A DNA stretch of 62,544 nucleotides from Pseudomonadota bacterium (lineage in GTDB: Bacteria > Myxococcota_A > UBA9042). The stretch covers positions 1 through 62,544 of the forward strand of contig JBEARB010000052.1 in assembly GCA_041163625.1 (NCBI GenBank), read 5' to 3'. The notes beneath the pieces are model-generated. The model saw only the letters and a list, made by a program, of their open reading frames with translations. It was not told where the DNA came from and did no database searches. How positions within the stretch are numbered: position 1 is the stretch's first letter; every line of letters begins with the position of its first letter. The position numbers were made by a program, and so were the translations under genes. Below are positions 1-10,512 of this stretch, in pieces.

Positions 1-1107
1 CACGCCTGTGCGCCGGACGTCGCGGCGGTGTTTTCGTCTCCCGATGGTCATGGCTTGCTCCTGACCCGCGCAGCGCTCGCGCTGCTCCCCGAGGCGATAC
101 GCGGCCTCGCGGATGGCGACGGGCGGCTTCGGGCTGCGGCCGCGCGCAGGGCTTGGCGGGCGCTTCCGGCGCCGCGCAGGCAGCGCATCGCGCCGCTCTT
201 GGTGCGACTGCTGACCCAACTCTCCGAGCGCGGCATCGGAGAGGTCCACGCGATGGGCGAATCGACCCAAACGTTGCGCGTGCTTCAGGAACTCGAGCGT
301 GCGCGACGGCTGCCGGTGCGGGTCCGGGTCTACCTCGACGCGCACGACCCCCAGACGCCGACGGTATTGCGCGAGGCCGCCGCGCGCGGCCGACCGAGTC
401 GTCCCCCGCTGGTGACGGTCGCGGGCGTCAAGCTCTGGCTCGACGGGACGCTCGGCGGTCGGACCGCGGCCCTGCGCGGCACCTACACGGACGCGCCGGG
501 GCAGGGCAGCTTGGAGACGTCGGACGCTGAGCTTCGAGCCTGGATCGGGCGCTGCGACCGAGCCGATCGGCAGCTCGCGGTCCACGCGATCGGGGACGCA
601 GCGCTCGGTCAGTTGCTCCGTGTAGCCGGGGCACGCACCGAGGGCGCGGTGCCGATCCGGATCGAGCACGCACAGGTGGTCGGCGCCGACCAGCTCGCGG
701 GGCTCCGTGGCTTCGTCTGCTCGGTCCAGCCGTTGCATCGCCTGGAAGATCACAGCTTCGCAGCCGCCCGTCTCGGCGAAGCCCGCGTCGCCGACGGCTG
801 GCGCGCCCGCAGTCTGCAGGCCACCTGTCCATTGCTGCTGGGGTCGGATCTCCCGATCTCGCCGTCGGATCCGGACCAGTGGCGCAAGGAGTTGCGCGGG
901 GAACTCGAGCCGTCGCGCCCCGAATCCGAGCACCTCGACGCCGTCGCCATCGAAGACGCACTGCGCCGCGACCCGCGGACGGGCCAGCGTCGGCGCCTGC
1001 GGGTCGGAGCGCCCGCCGATCTGCGGACGCCCGAGCGCGGCGGCCTGCTCGTGGTCGACGGCGTCGTCCGAATCGTCTCTCCCGAGATCCTCGCCGCGAC
1101 CCGCTGA
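1..1107 (+). CDS. metal-dependent amidohydrolase (Amidohydro_3 / YtcJ-like), C-terminal ~368 aa; 5' end outside window
   Basis: Frame 1 is open from base 1; the listed ORF begins at a GTG at 28 but nothing stops the frame upstream. Blocks VAGVKLWLDGTLGGRTAAL, LAVHAIGDAA, IRIEHAQ and LLGSDLP fit the family pattern. Third codon positions are G/C-rich. Confidence 0.6.
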   Translation, partial: HACAPDVAAVFSSPDGHGLLLTRAALALLPEAIRGLADGDGRLRAAAARRAWRALPAPRRQRIAPLLVRLLTQLSERGIGEVHAMGESTQTLRVLQELERARRLPVRVRVYLDAHDPQTPTVLREAAARGRPSRPPLVTVAGVKLWLDGTLGGRTAALRGTYTDAPGQGSLETSDAELRAWIGRCDRADRQLAVHAIGDAALGQLLRVAGARTEGAVPIRIEHAQVVGADQLAGLRGFVCSVQPLHRLEDHSFAAARLGEARVADGWRARSLQATCPLLLGSDLPISPSDPDQWRKELRGELEPSRPESEHLDAVAIEDALRRDPRTGQRRRLRVGAPADLRTPERGGLLVVDGVVRIVSPEILAATR

Positions 1108-1133
1108 ACCTCCGTGGCTTCGGCCAAAAGGCA

Positions 1134-1168
1134 GGACGCCGACATCGCGTGAGGCGACGCCGGCGTCC
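1134..1168. terminator. GC-rich hairpin between convergent genes (possible bidirectional terminator)
   Basis: GGACGCCG (1134-1141) pairs with CGGCGTCC (1161-1168) around a 19-nt loop. It lies in the 81-bp gap between the stops at 1107 (+) and 1189 (-). There is no U-tract. Confidence 0.3.
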
Positions 1169-1188
1169 CGACGAAGGTCGAGCGGCGG

Positions 1189-2280
1189 CTAGCCGGCGAC
1201 GCGCGCGACGGTGCGGGCCTGCAGCTCCAACTCCTCGATCATGGCGTTGCTGCTGTTGGCATCGAGCTGGAAGCCGTTCCACCGCGACGGCCATGTCTCG
1301 GTGAGGTTGTAGCGGACCAACTCGGTCAGGCCGTCGTCGGCGAGCAGCACGAGGCTGACGTTCTCGAAGCGGAGCTCGCCGTCCATCGTCGCCTGCATCC
1401 AATCCCAGAGCGCGGCAGTGTTGACGTAGCCCTTCTTGAGCACGACCGGCGCCACCTTCGGGCGACCCGGGATCTGGCGGACGTACTGGTCCTTGCCACC
1501 CTGGTACTCGATGGGCTCGATCTGCGCCGAGAGACCGTCGACCGCCGTGAACGCGCCAGCCGCCACGCCGCCGAGCTCGACCCGGAATCGGAATGCGCCC
1601 TGGTGGTCGAAGACACGTGACGTGTTCGGGTTGGCAGCCGGCTTCGGCGTCGGCAGCTTCGCGGGGACGTCCTCGATCGGTGGCGCCGCCTCGAAGCCCA
1701 GCACCTCGAGCGCCTTGTCCTTGAGGTGGTCGACCATGTCGCTGGCGTGACCCTTCAGGTCGTCGACGAGCTGGTTGGCGTCCTTGGCGAGCTTGTCGAG
1801 CTCCTTGCCACCGAGCTTCTCGAGCTCGTCGAGGCCCTTGTTGATGAGGTCCTTCAGCGGGCCGGGCAGCTTGCTGTCGTTGACGGCGTCCTGCAGGTCA
1901 CCCTTGGTGGAGGCGATGACCTCCTTGACCTTGTCGTTGGCCTTGGCGATCGCCTCTTCGGCCTTCTGCTCGGCCTCGTCGATCGCCTCTTGGGCCTTCT
2001 TCTCGGCCTCTTCGACGGCGTCCTTCGCGGCGGCCTTGGCCTTCTCGACCGCGTCGGTGGCTGCCTTGTGGGCGGAGCTGGTCGCGTTCTTGGCGGCCTT
2101 CTTCACCGAGTCGGGCATCTTGGAGTCGTCGATCTTCTGATCGGCATCCTCTTTCGCCTTGTCGATGGAGGCCTCACCGTCTTCGCGGGCCTTCTTCAGG
2201 TCGGCGGCGGCCTCGTTGGACGCCTCCTTGACCTTGTTCTTGGCGTTCTCGATCGAGCTGTTCACGCCTTCGAGGTTCAT
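1189..2280 (-). CDS. fusion protein: N-terminal K/A/E/D-rich 11-residue amphipathic repeat region (LEA/apolipoprotein-like) plus C-terminal phage tail-tube domain (T4 gp19-like, 'conserved phage tail region protein')
   Basis: C-terminal ~140 aa (FRFRVELGG..FTAVDGLSAQIEPIEYQGG..IPGRPKVAPVVLKKGY..LWDW..RFENVSLVLL..WPSRWNGFQLDA..IEELELQ) match the tail-tube family block by block. Start set at ATG 2280 (GGGGG 7 nt upstream). The listed upstream extension to 2439 is R/G/C-rich off-type sequence. No signal peptide. Confidence 0.8.
   Translation of the reverse strand: MNLEGVNSSIENAKNKVKEASNEAAADLKKAREDGEASIDKAKEDADQKIDDSKMPDSVKKAAKNATSSAHKAATDAVEKAKAAAKDAVEEAEKKAQEAIDEAEQKAEEAIAKANDKVKEVIASTKGDLQDAVNDSKLPGPLKDLINKGLDELEKLGGKELDKLAKDANQLVDDLKGHASDMVDHLKDKALEVLGFEAAPPIEDVPAKLPTPKPAANPNTSRVFDHQGAFRFRVELGGVAAGAFTAVDGLSAQIEPIEYQGGKDQYVRQIPGRPKVAPVVLKKGYVNTAALWDWMQATMDGELRFENVSLVLLADDGLTELVRYNLTETWPSRWNGFQLDANSSNAMIEELELQARTVARVAG
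1858..2055 (-). repeat. six in-register 33-bp (11-aa) coding repeats inside the tail-tube fusion gene
   Basis: DAVEKAKAAAK / DAVEEAEKKAQ / EAIDEAEQKAE / EAIAKANDKVK / EVIASTKGDLQ / DAVNDSKLPGP. Looser 11-mers continue on both sides (about 1696-2253). Confidence 0.75.
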
Positions 2281-2320
2281 CGTAGCCCCCATGTGCGCCG
2301 GTTTGCGTCGCTTCCCGGCT

Positions 2321-4255
2321 CTACCACGCCACTTCGAACGTGGCCTTGCTCCGCCACACCGACCAGCGCTGGTCACCCTCGCGCTCGCGCCGCTGCAGCT
2401 TGTGAACGTACTCCAGCATCCAAGCCGCGCGCAATCCACCGTATTGGTAGCTCGCGGTCACGAAGCCTGTCTCCCGCTCGGTGGTGTCGTCACCATAGCC
2501 GAGCTCGAGGGTGCCGCGCCGGTTCTGCTCGAACCAACGGTCCACCGTACCGCCTATTGCAAGGTTCACGCCAGGAGCGACAGGCACGCCGATCTGGAGC
2601 CGCGACTGCAGGATTCGACCGAGGTAGTCGTCGCCGGTCGTCGTCGTGCTGCGGTAGTCCTCGTCATGGATGTACTTGAACTTCCAGTCGATGTTCAGGC
2701 CGCGCCCGAGTTCGAGCTGCTTGCGTCCGCGAAAGACGGCGATCTGGCTCCGCCGCCACTGATTGCGGCGGTAGACCGAGCGCGGGTCGCGCCCGCGATC
2801 GCCGACGTTCGCGTAGTCGTAGAGCATCGTGTCGGTGTACCCGTCGCTGTGCAGGAAGTCGGGGAACACCGTGTCCACGTTGCGGTTCTGTCGATTCGTG
2901 TTGAAGGTCAGGAAGGTGTATTCGGCCTCGAGCCGCAGGTCGCCGCCCTCGTTGTCCCAGGTGAGCAGTCCGGTGCCGCCGTGCCAGCCGATGCAGCTCT
3001 CCACCCACGTCTCGCCGAAGTCGATGAACTCGTTGGCGAGGTTCAGGGTTGGCAGCTGGCCGCCGCCGAGGAAGCCGTCGGTCAGCAGCACGTCGGCTTC
3101 GCGCCGCGCGCCGAAGATCGCGTTGTATTCAGCGCCGATATTGAAGTACTCGCCTTTGAGGGTCAGGCCGTTCTCGAAGGGATCCGACGCGGTCACGCGG
3201 ACGCGCACGGCGATGTCGCGGGTGTCCTTGTAGACGATCGGGCTGACGCCCTGGTTGAGCGCGACGCCGTTGGCCGTGAGGCTGCTGTCGATTCGTTGGT
3301 CGGAGACGGCGACCATCGCCTCGGCGCGTACCGTGTCACCGAGATCTTGCTGCAGCTCGGCGGTCGCGTTGGTCGCGACGTACCGCATGTAGAGGTCGAC
3401 CGCATGATCCGAGCTGCAACCGGGGATCGGATGCCCCAGCGCGTCCTGACAGCCGGGGTTCGTGGACCCCACCGCGTCCGGATCGGCGCTGTCGACCTCG
3501 AGATCCTGCGTGATGCTAGCGACCAACCGAAGCTGCGTGCCTTCGCGGATCGCCCAACGCAGGCTCGCGGCGTACGCCCAATCGCGCGACCAGAATGGGT
3601 TGGTCAGCTCGGGGTCGCCCAGGCCCGTCGACCACCAAGGTCCGACCCAGAGCTTCGGCAGCGCGATGGCGGCTGCGACCCATTGTACGTCGCGGTCTTC
3701 GCCGATGGAGCCGGCGACGAAGTAGCCCTTGCCGTTGTCGCGGTCGATGTAGCGCAGCTTGCCGATCGTCCACGGGTTGAACATGCCGAGGTCGCTCGCG
3801 CCGATCCGCACCCAGTCGATCGCGCGCAGCCCCGGATCGAGCTGGATCCAGGGGCCGCGGAGCTTGAGGTAGGCAGCGCGATTCATGCCGACCGAATCGC
3901 CCGAGGTATTCACCTCTTCGCCGTACATGCGGTTGCCGGACTCCCAATAGTCCTGCCAGCGCTCGCCGTAGCGGGAAGCGATGCGCGCGCCGGCGCTGAC
4001 CGCGTCGCTGACGCGACCGGTCAAGGTGATCTCGAGTTGGCTGCTGACGCCGTTGCTGCCGGCGATCTGGTCGGGCCAGAAGGGGTTGCCGAGCCAGAGC
4101 GTGCCCTGGCTGTCGTTGTTGGCGTACAGGTGCTTGGTGTAGATCCGCGCGCCGAGATCGAAGCGCGAAATATCCGCCGACGCTCCCAGCGGGATGAGCG
4201 CGACGCACAGGGTCCAGAGCGCGAAGGCGCCGGCGGTGCGGCGACGCAGGGCCAT
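2321..4255 (-). CDS. large outer-membrane beta-barrel protein (644 aa), family not recognised
   Basis: ATG 4255 with GGGAG RBS. Signal peptide (ALWTLCVALIPLGASA). Alternating-polarity strands throughout, aromatic C-terminal beta-signal ...SKATFEVAW. Lies 18 bp after the upstream gene and about 40 bp before the next. Confidence 0.75.
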   Translation of the reverse strand: MALRRRTAGAFALWTLCVALIPLGASADISRFDLGARIYTKHLYANNDSQGTLWLGNPFWPDQIAGSNGVSSQLEITLTGRVSDAVSAGARIASRYGERWQDYWESGNRMYGEEVNTSGDSVGMNRAAYLKLRGPWIQLDPGLRAIDWVRIGASDLGMFNPWTIGKLRYIDRDNGKGYFVAGSIGEDRDVQWVAAAIALPKLWVGPWWSTGLGDPELTNPFWSRDWAYAASLRWAIREGTQLRLVASITQDLEVDSADPDAVGSTNPGCQDALGHPIPGCSSDHAVDLYMRYVATNATAELQQDLGDTVRAEAMVAVSDQRIDSSLTANGVALNQGVSPIVYKDTRDIAVRVRVTASDPFENGLTLKGEYFNIGAEYNAIFGARREADVLLTDGFLGGGQLPTLNLANEFIDFGETWVESCIGWHGGTGLLTWDNEGGDLRLEAEYTFLTFNTNRQNRNVDTVFPDFLHSDGYTDTMLYDYANVGDRGRDPRSVYRRNQWRRSQIAVFRGRKQLELGRGLNIDWKFKYIHDEDYRSTTTTGDDYLGRILQSRLQIGVPVAPGVNLAIGGTVDRWFEQNRRGTLELGYGDDTTERETGFVTASYQYGGLRAAWMLEYVHKLQRREREGDQRWSVWRSKATFEVAW

Positions 4256-4273
4256 GCCGTGCTCCCTTGGCCG

Positions 4274-5116
4274 CTAGCGGCCGGCGTAGACCATCGGAAG
4301 GGTCGCGACCTTGCTGCCGCAGGTGTAGGCGAGCGTCGCCTTCTGCGCCGCGACCTCGTCCGCACCGCCCTTGCCGGTCCCGGCCAGGATGTCGATGACG
4401 TGCGGATCGCACTCGGCGTCGTTGCCGCCGCCGAAGCGATGCTGGCCGGCGACCTCGTTCACGCGACGGGTGAGGATGTCCTTCTTGTCCGGGTAGCCCT
4501 CGTTGGACTGCATCACGACCTGAAAGCCCCAGCCCGCCTTGGGCGTGCCGAGATCGGACTTCTTCACCACCGCGACCAGCGTCTTGCCGCGCGCCGTGGT
4601 CTTCTTGGGGAGCACGACCGCGCCCTTCATCTTCGGGGCCTTGAAGCGCACCTCGGCCTCGAGGCGGGTCCGCCCCTGCGGCGAAATCAGCACGACCTTG
4701 TCCCAGGCCTCCTCTGCCTTGAACGCGGCGCCGCCCAGACCCGGCAGCGGCTCGGTAAAGCCTGAGCCCTTCTGATGGTCGGTGTCGATGTAGATCTGCG
4801 CGAACTGCAGCGAGAAGCCGTTGCCGTCCCAATCCTTGCTGTTCCACGGGTCGGCGATCTGCGCGCCGACGGTCACGCGGAATTCGACGGTGTCGTCGTT
4901 CTCGCGAATCTCGACGCTCCGCAAGTCGAAGCTCCCGCGCGCATAGACCGGATCGGTCGGATATTTGTAGGTGCCGGGCCCGAAATCGTCGCCTTTCGGG
5001 TCCTTGAACTCGACCTTGAACCCACTCGCCGCGAACGCGAGCAGCGGGACGAGCAGCAGGCCGAGCAGGGCGACCGCGCGCGAGGTTCGGCCGAACGAGG
5101 ACGGGGAAGCGATCAT
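4274..5116 (-). CDS. secreted protein with glucodextranase C-terminal-like (SLH-like binding module) domain
   Basis: Start moved to ATG 5116 (GGAG 7 nt upstream; the listed start 5128 is TTG). Signal peptide AVALLGLLLVPLLAFAAS. Motif DPKGDDFGPGTYKYPTD...FDL..V.....TVEF.V, which I associate with the Glucodextran_C family. Confidence 0.6.
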   Translation of the reverse strand: MIASPSSFGRTSRAVALLGLLLVPLLAFAASGFKVEFKDPKGDDFGPGTYKYPTDPVYARGSFDLRSVEIRENDDTVEFRVTVGAQIADPWNSKDWDGNGFSLQFAQIYIDTDHQKGSGFTEPLPGLGGAAFKAEEAWDKVVLISPQGRTRLEAEVRFKAPKMKGAVVLPKKTTARGKTLVAVVKKSDLGTPKAGWGFQVVMQSNEGYPDKKDILTRRVNEVAGQHRFGGGNDAECDPHVIDILAGTGKGGADEVAAQKATLAYTCGSKVATLPMVYAGR

Positions 5117-5236
5117 GACGGGCTCCAAGCAGGCGTTGCGCAGTGGCAGCGAGGCGAAGCGTCGTGCTTCGGCTCGCAGGCTGTCAAGCGCAGAACGCGC
5201 CGGCTCGGGCCGCGCTTCGGTCGCGAAACTCGCCGT

Positions 5237-6172
<936 letters not shown>

Positions 6173-6193
6173 CGCGCTCTCCTGCGATCGGCA

Positions 6194-6230
6194 ACGCCCG
6201 GCGTGGGGCGGCGAACCTCACGCCGGGCGT
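6194..6230 (-). terminator. 12-bp perfect hairpin between dnaK and the J-protein gene (attenuator or partial terminator)
   Basis: ACGCCCGGCGTG (6194-6205) pairs with CACGCCGGGCGT (6219-6230) around a 13-nt loop, inside the 102-bp dnaK/J-gene spacer. No U-tract. Confidence 0.4.
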
Positions 6231-6274
6231 CGCCCGTTCGCGTGCCGCATGTCGCGGCGCGTCATCGCGGTGGG

Positions 6275-8173
<1,899 letters not shown>

Positions 8174-8272
8174 GGTTCGTCTCCGGTGCCGGCCTCAATT
8201 CCGGCCATTCCAACGCGTTCTGCTGGGCAACCAGCGGAAATCTATCCGCTTCGCAGCCCCGTTCGCGAGAGC

Positions 8273-8300
8273 AAGGTAGGAGGGGCCCCCAAGCTGTCAA
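8273..8300 (-). promoter_or_regulatory. sigma-70-type promoter candidate for dnaK: TTGACA-16 nt-TACCTT
   Basis: On the minus strand, CTTGACAGC (-35, 8295-8300), a 16-nt spacer, then TACCTT (8273-8278). This sits about 100 nt upstream of ATG 8173. The ABC operon at 18379-18406 has the same architecture. Confidence 0.45.
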
Positions 8301-8347
8301 GGGTGGGTCCGTCGGCTTTTTGCGCGCCCACCGCTGCGTCGTGTGGA

Positions 8348-8377
8348 TTGTCGGCACTTCCGATTGCGTGCTAGCGT
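8348..8377 (+). promoter_or_regulatory. weak sigma-70-type promoter candidate for the FHA gene: TTGTCG-18 nt-TAGCGT
   Basis: TTGTCG 8348-8353 and TAGCGT 8372-8377, about 50 nt upstream of GTG 8427. Confidence 0.25.
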
Positions 8378-8426
8378 ACCGCGGCTCTCGGCAGAATCGT
8401 CTGTGAGGCGAAGAGGGGAGGCAAAC

Positions 8427-10490
8427 GTGGCGCGGATCAGCTTCATCGGGGACAACGGCGAACCACTCGAGATGGTCGTGGGACCGGACAATCCCGAAGT
8501 CTTGGTCGGTCGTCACCGCAGCTGCGCCATCCGCACCTCGACGCAGAGCGTGAGCCGGCAGCACGCTCGCATCTTCTACGACGGCGAGCGCTACTGGTTG
8601 CAGGACAATGGCTCCTCCAACGGCACCTACTACAAGAACGAGCGCCTGCAGCCGCAGGACCCTGTCGAGGTCGAGGACGGCGAGTTCTTCATGTGCGGCA
8701 ACTTCGAGATGCGCTTCGATCTCGACCAGGAAGACCTGCGCGCGCTCGCTCGTCAGCGCGACGGCGGCTACGCCGACACGCTCGAGGCCTACGAGGAAGA
8801 CGAGGGCTACGGCGACCCGGACGCGACGCAGTTCGCCGAGGCGTTCGAGGACGAGCCGCTCGACGAGGCCGGCGAGGACTGGGGCTACGAGCCTCCCGCC
8901 GCCGCGCCCCCGCCCCCGCCGCCACCGCCCATCGCGTCGGCTCCGCCGCCGCCCCCGCCGGTCGCGGCCGCAGCACCGCCTCCGCCCGCCAAGGCGCCGC
9001 CCCCGCCGCCTCCGCCCGCCGGTGCGCGCGACGACGGCGCCGTCATCGAGCAGCTCCGCGCGACCCTCGAGGCCCGCGAGCGAGAGCTCTCGGATCGCGA
9101 CGCGCGTCTGCAGAGCATGGAGATCGAGCTCGAGTCGCTCGGTCGCCGGCTCGAGGAAAGCCACGACGAAGGTCGACTGCGTGCGCTGCAAGACGAGGTC
9201 GAGCGGCTGCGCGCTGGCGAAGAAGAGCTCGAGGCGTTGCGCGGCGAAGTCGAGACGCTGCGTGCCGACAAGCAGCGCTGGGAAGAAGAGCAGAAGGTCG
9301 CCGGCGACGAGGCGGAGTCCTTGCGCGCCGAAGCCGACGAGCTGCGTACCGAGGCCGACGAGCTTCGTGCCGAGGCCGATGCCGCGCAGGAAGAACTCGG
9401 CAAGCTTCGCGGCGCGCTCGCGGAGGCGCAGGCTTCCGCCGGTGCCGCGGGCGTCAGCGACGAGGCCCAGGCCAGCATCGACGCCCTCGAGGACGAGGTC
9501 GCGCAGCTCAAGGACGATATCGAGCACGCGCAGGAGAAGTACGAGGAAGCGCGTGCCGGCCGTCGCAACGCCGAGCAACTCGCTGAGTTGCTGCGCGGCC
9601 AGGTCGACATGCTCAAGCAGCAGGTCGAGATGGCGCGGTCCACTGCATCGCCGGCAGCTGCGGGTGCCGACCCGGCTGCGTTGGCCGCCGCCGAGGCGCG
9701 CGCCACCGCTGCCGAGGCTGCTGCGTCGCAGGCGGCGACCGAGGCCGAGGGGCTACGGGCCCAGATCGAAGGGCTGCGTGCAGAGGTGGCCCGCCTCGAG
9801 GCCGCGCTCGCCGCGGCCTCTGCAGCGGCCTCCGCCGAGGCTCCGGCCGGCGCCGACGCCGAGCAGCTCGCCTCTCTGCAGGCGGCGCTCGCCGCCGCAC
9901 AGGCCCGGGTGGCTGAGCTCGAGGCTGCTGCCGCCGCGGCGCCCGAGCCGGCTGCGGCGCAGGTCGACGACGGCAAGGTCGCCGCGCTCGAGGCCGAGGT
10001 CTCGCAGTTGCGTGACGATCGTGACGATCTCGAAGCGGCAGCCAGCGCGAACATGAAGCGCATCAAGAAATTGCTTCAGGATCTCGAGACCGCGCGCAGC
10101 GAGGCCGAGGCCGCGAAGGCCGGCGGGAGCGGCGACGGTTCGGCCGACGAGATCGCCGGCCTCCGTGCCGAGCTCGAGCGAGCCCACGCCGCGCTCGACG
10201 ACGCGCGTCGTGCGGCCGCCGAGGTGCCCGCGGTTCCGGCAGCGGCCGGGGACGGCGAGGAGATCCTCGGCAAGCTGCGTCCCATCGTGACCGAACTCAA
10301 CGGCGTGGTCTCGAGCTTCAAGAACGACTTCACCTCGGTGCTCGATGGCTACGAGGCGCTGCAGAGCGACGACGCCGAGGAGGCGGCCGAGGCGATGGAG
10401 CAGCTCGGCGAAGCCATCGACAACTGCACCTCGCGGACGACCACGCTGAAGAACCTCGTGCTGCGCCTGCGCGACGAGCTTTCGGCCTAG
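8427..10490 (+). CDS. FHA-domain protein with polyproline tract and ~480-aa Ala/Glu-rich coiled coil
   Basis: Start set at GTG 8427 (GAGGGGAGG RBS). FHA signature VGRHRSCAIRT..VSRQHARIFYDGERYWLQDNGSSNGTYYKNERL. Proline runs at 8892-9017. Heptad-like EADELRT/EADELRA repeats. Confidence 0.85.
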   Translation: MARISFIGDNGEPLEMVVGPDNPEVLVGRHRSCAIRTSTQSVSRQHARIFYDGERYWLQDNGSSNGTYYKNERLQPQDPVEVEDGEFFMCGNFEMRFDLDQEDLRALARQRDGGYADTLEAYEEDEGYGDPDATQFAEAFEDEPLDEAGEDWGYEPPAAAPPPPPPPPIASAPPPPPPVAAAAPPPPAKAPPPPPPPAGARDDGAVIEQLRATLEARERELSDRDARLQSMEIELESLGRRLEESHDEGRLRALQDEVERLRAGEEELEALRGEVETLRADKQRWEEEQKVAGDEAESLRAEADELRTEADELRAEADAAQEELGKLRGALAEAQASAGAAGVSDEAQASIDALEDEVAQLKDDIEHAQEKYEEARAGRRNAEQLAELLRGQVDMLKQQVEMARSTASPAAAGADPAALAAAEARATAAEAAASQAATEAEGLRAQIEGLRAEVARLEAALAAASAAASAEAPAGADAEQLASLQAALAAAQARVAELEAAAAAAPEPAAAQVDDGKVAALEAEVSQLRDDRDDLEAAASANMKRIKKLLQDLETARSEAEAAKAGGSGDGSADEIAGLRAELERAHAALDDARRAAAEVPAVPAAAGDGEEILGKLRPIVTELNGVVSSFKNDFTSVLDGYEALQSDDAEEAAEAMEQLGEAIDNCTSRTTTLKNLVLRLRDELSA

Positions 10491-10512
10491 TCGCGGCGCG
10501 CGGGAGACGGGG

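Noticed and set aside
1189-5189. Calling the tail-tube-containing operon a prophage remnant or an extracellular contractile injection system.
   Set aside because: No sheath, baseplate, spike, tape-measure, AAA+ ATPase, integrase or att-like repeats occur anywhere in the window. Composition and codon usage match the flanking core genes.
8353-8367. GGCAC-N6-TTGC upstream of the FHA gene, resembling a sigma-54 -24/-12 promoter.
   Set aside because: The GG to GC spacing is 11 nt rather than the essentially invariant 10 nt. A TTGTCG-18 nt-TAGCGT sigma-70-like arrangement covers the same bases.
8351-8379. TCGGCACTT...GCGTGCTAG resembling a CIRCE (HrcA) heat-shock operator near dnaK.
   Set aside because: Only about 6/9 and 7/9 matches to TTAGCACTC and GAGTGCTAA, and the half-site spacing is about 6 nt instead of 9. 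It lies nearer the FHA gene start and beyond the proposed dnaK promoter.
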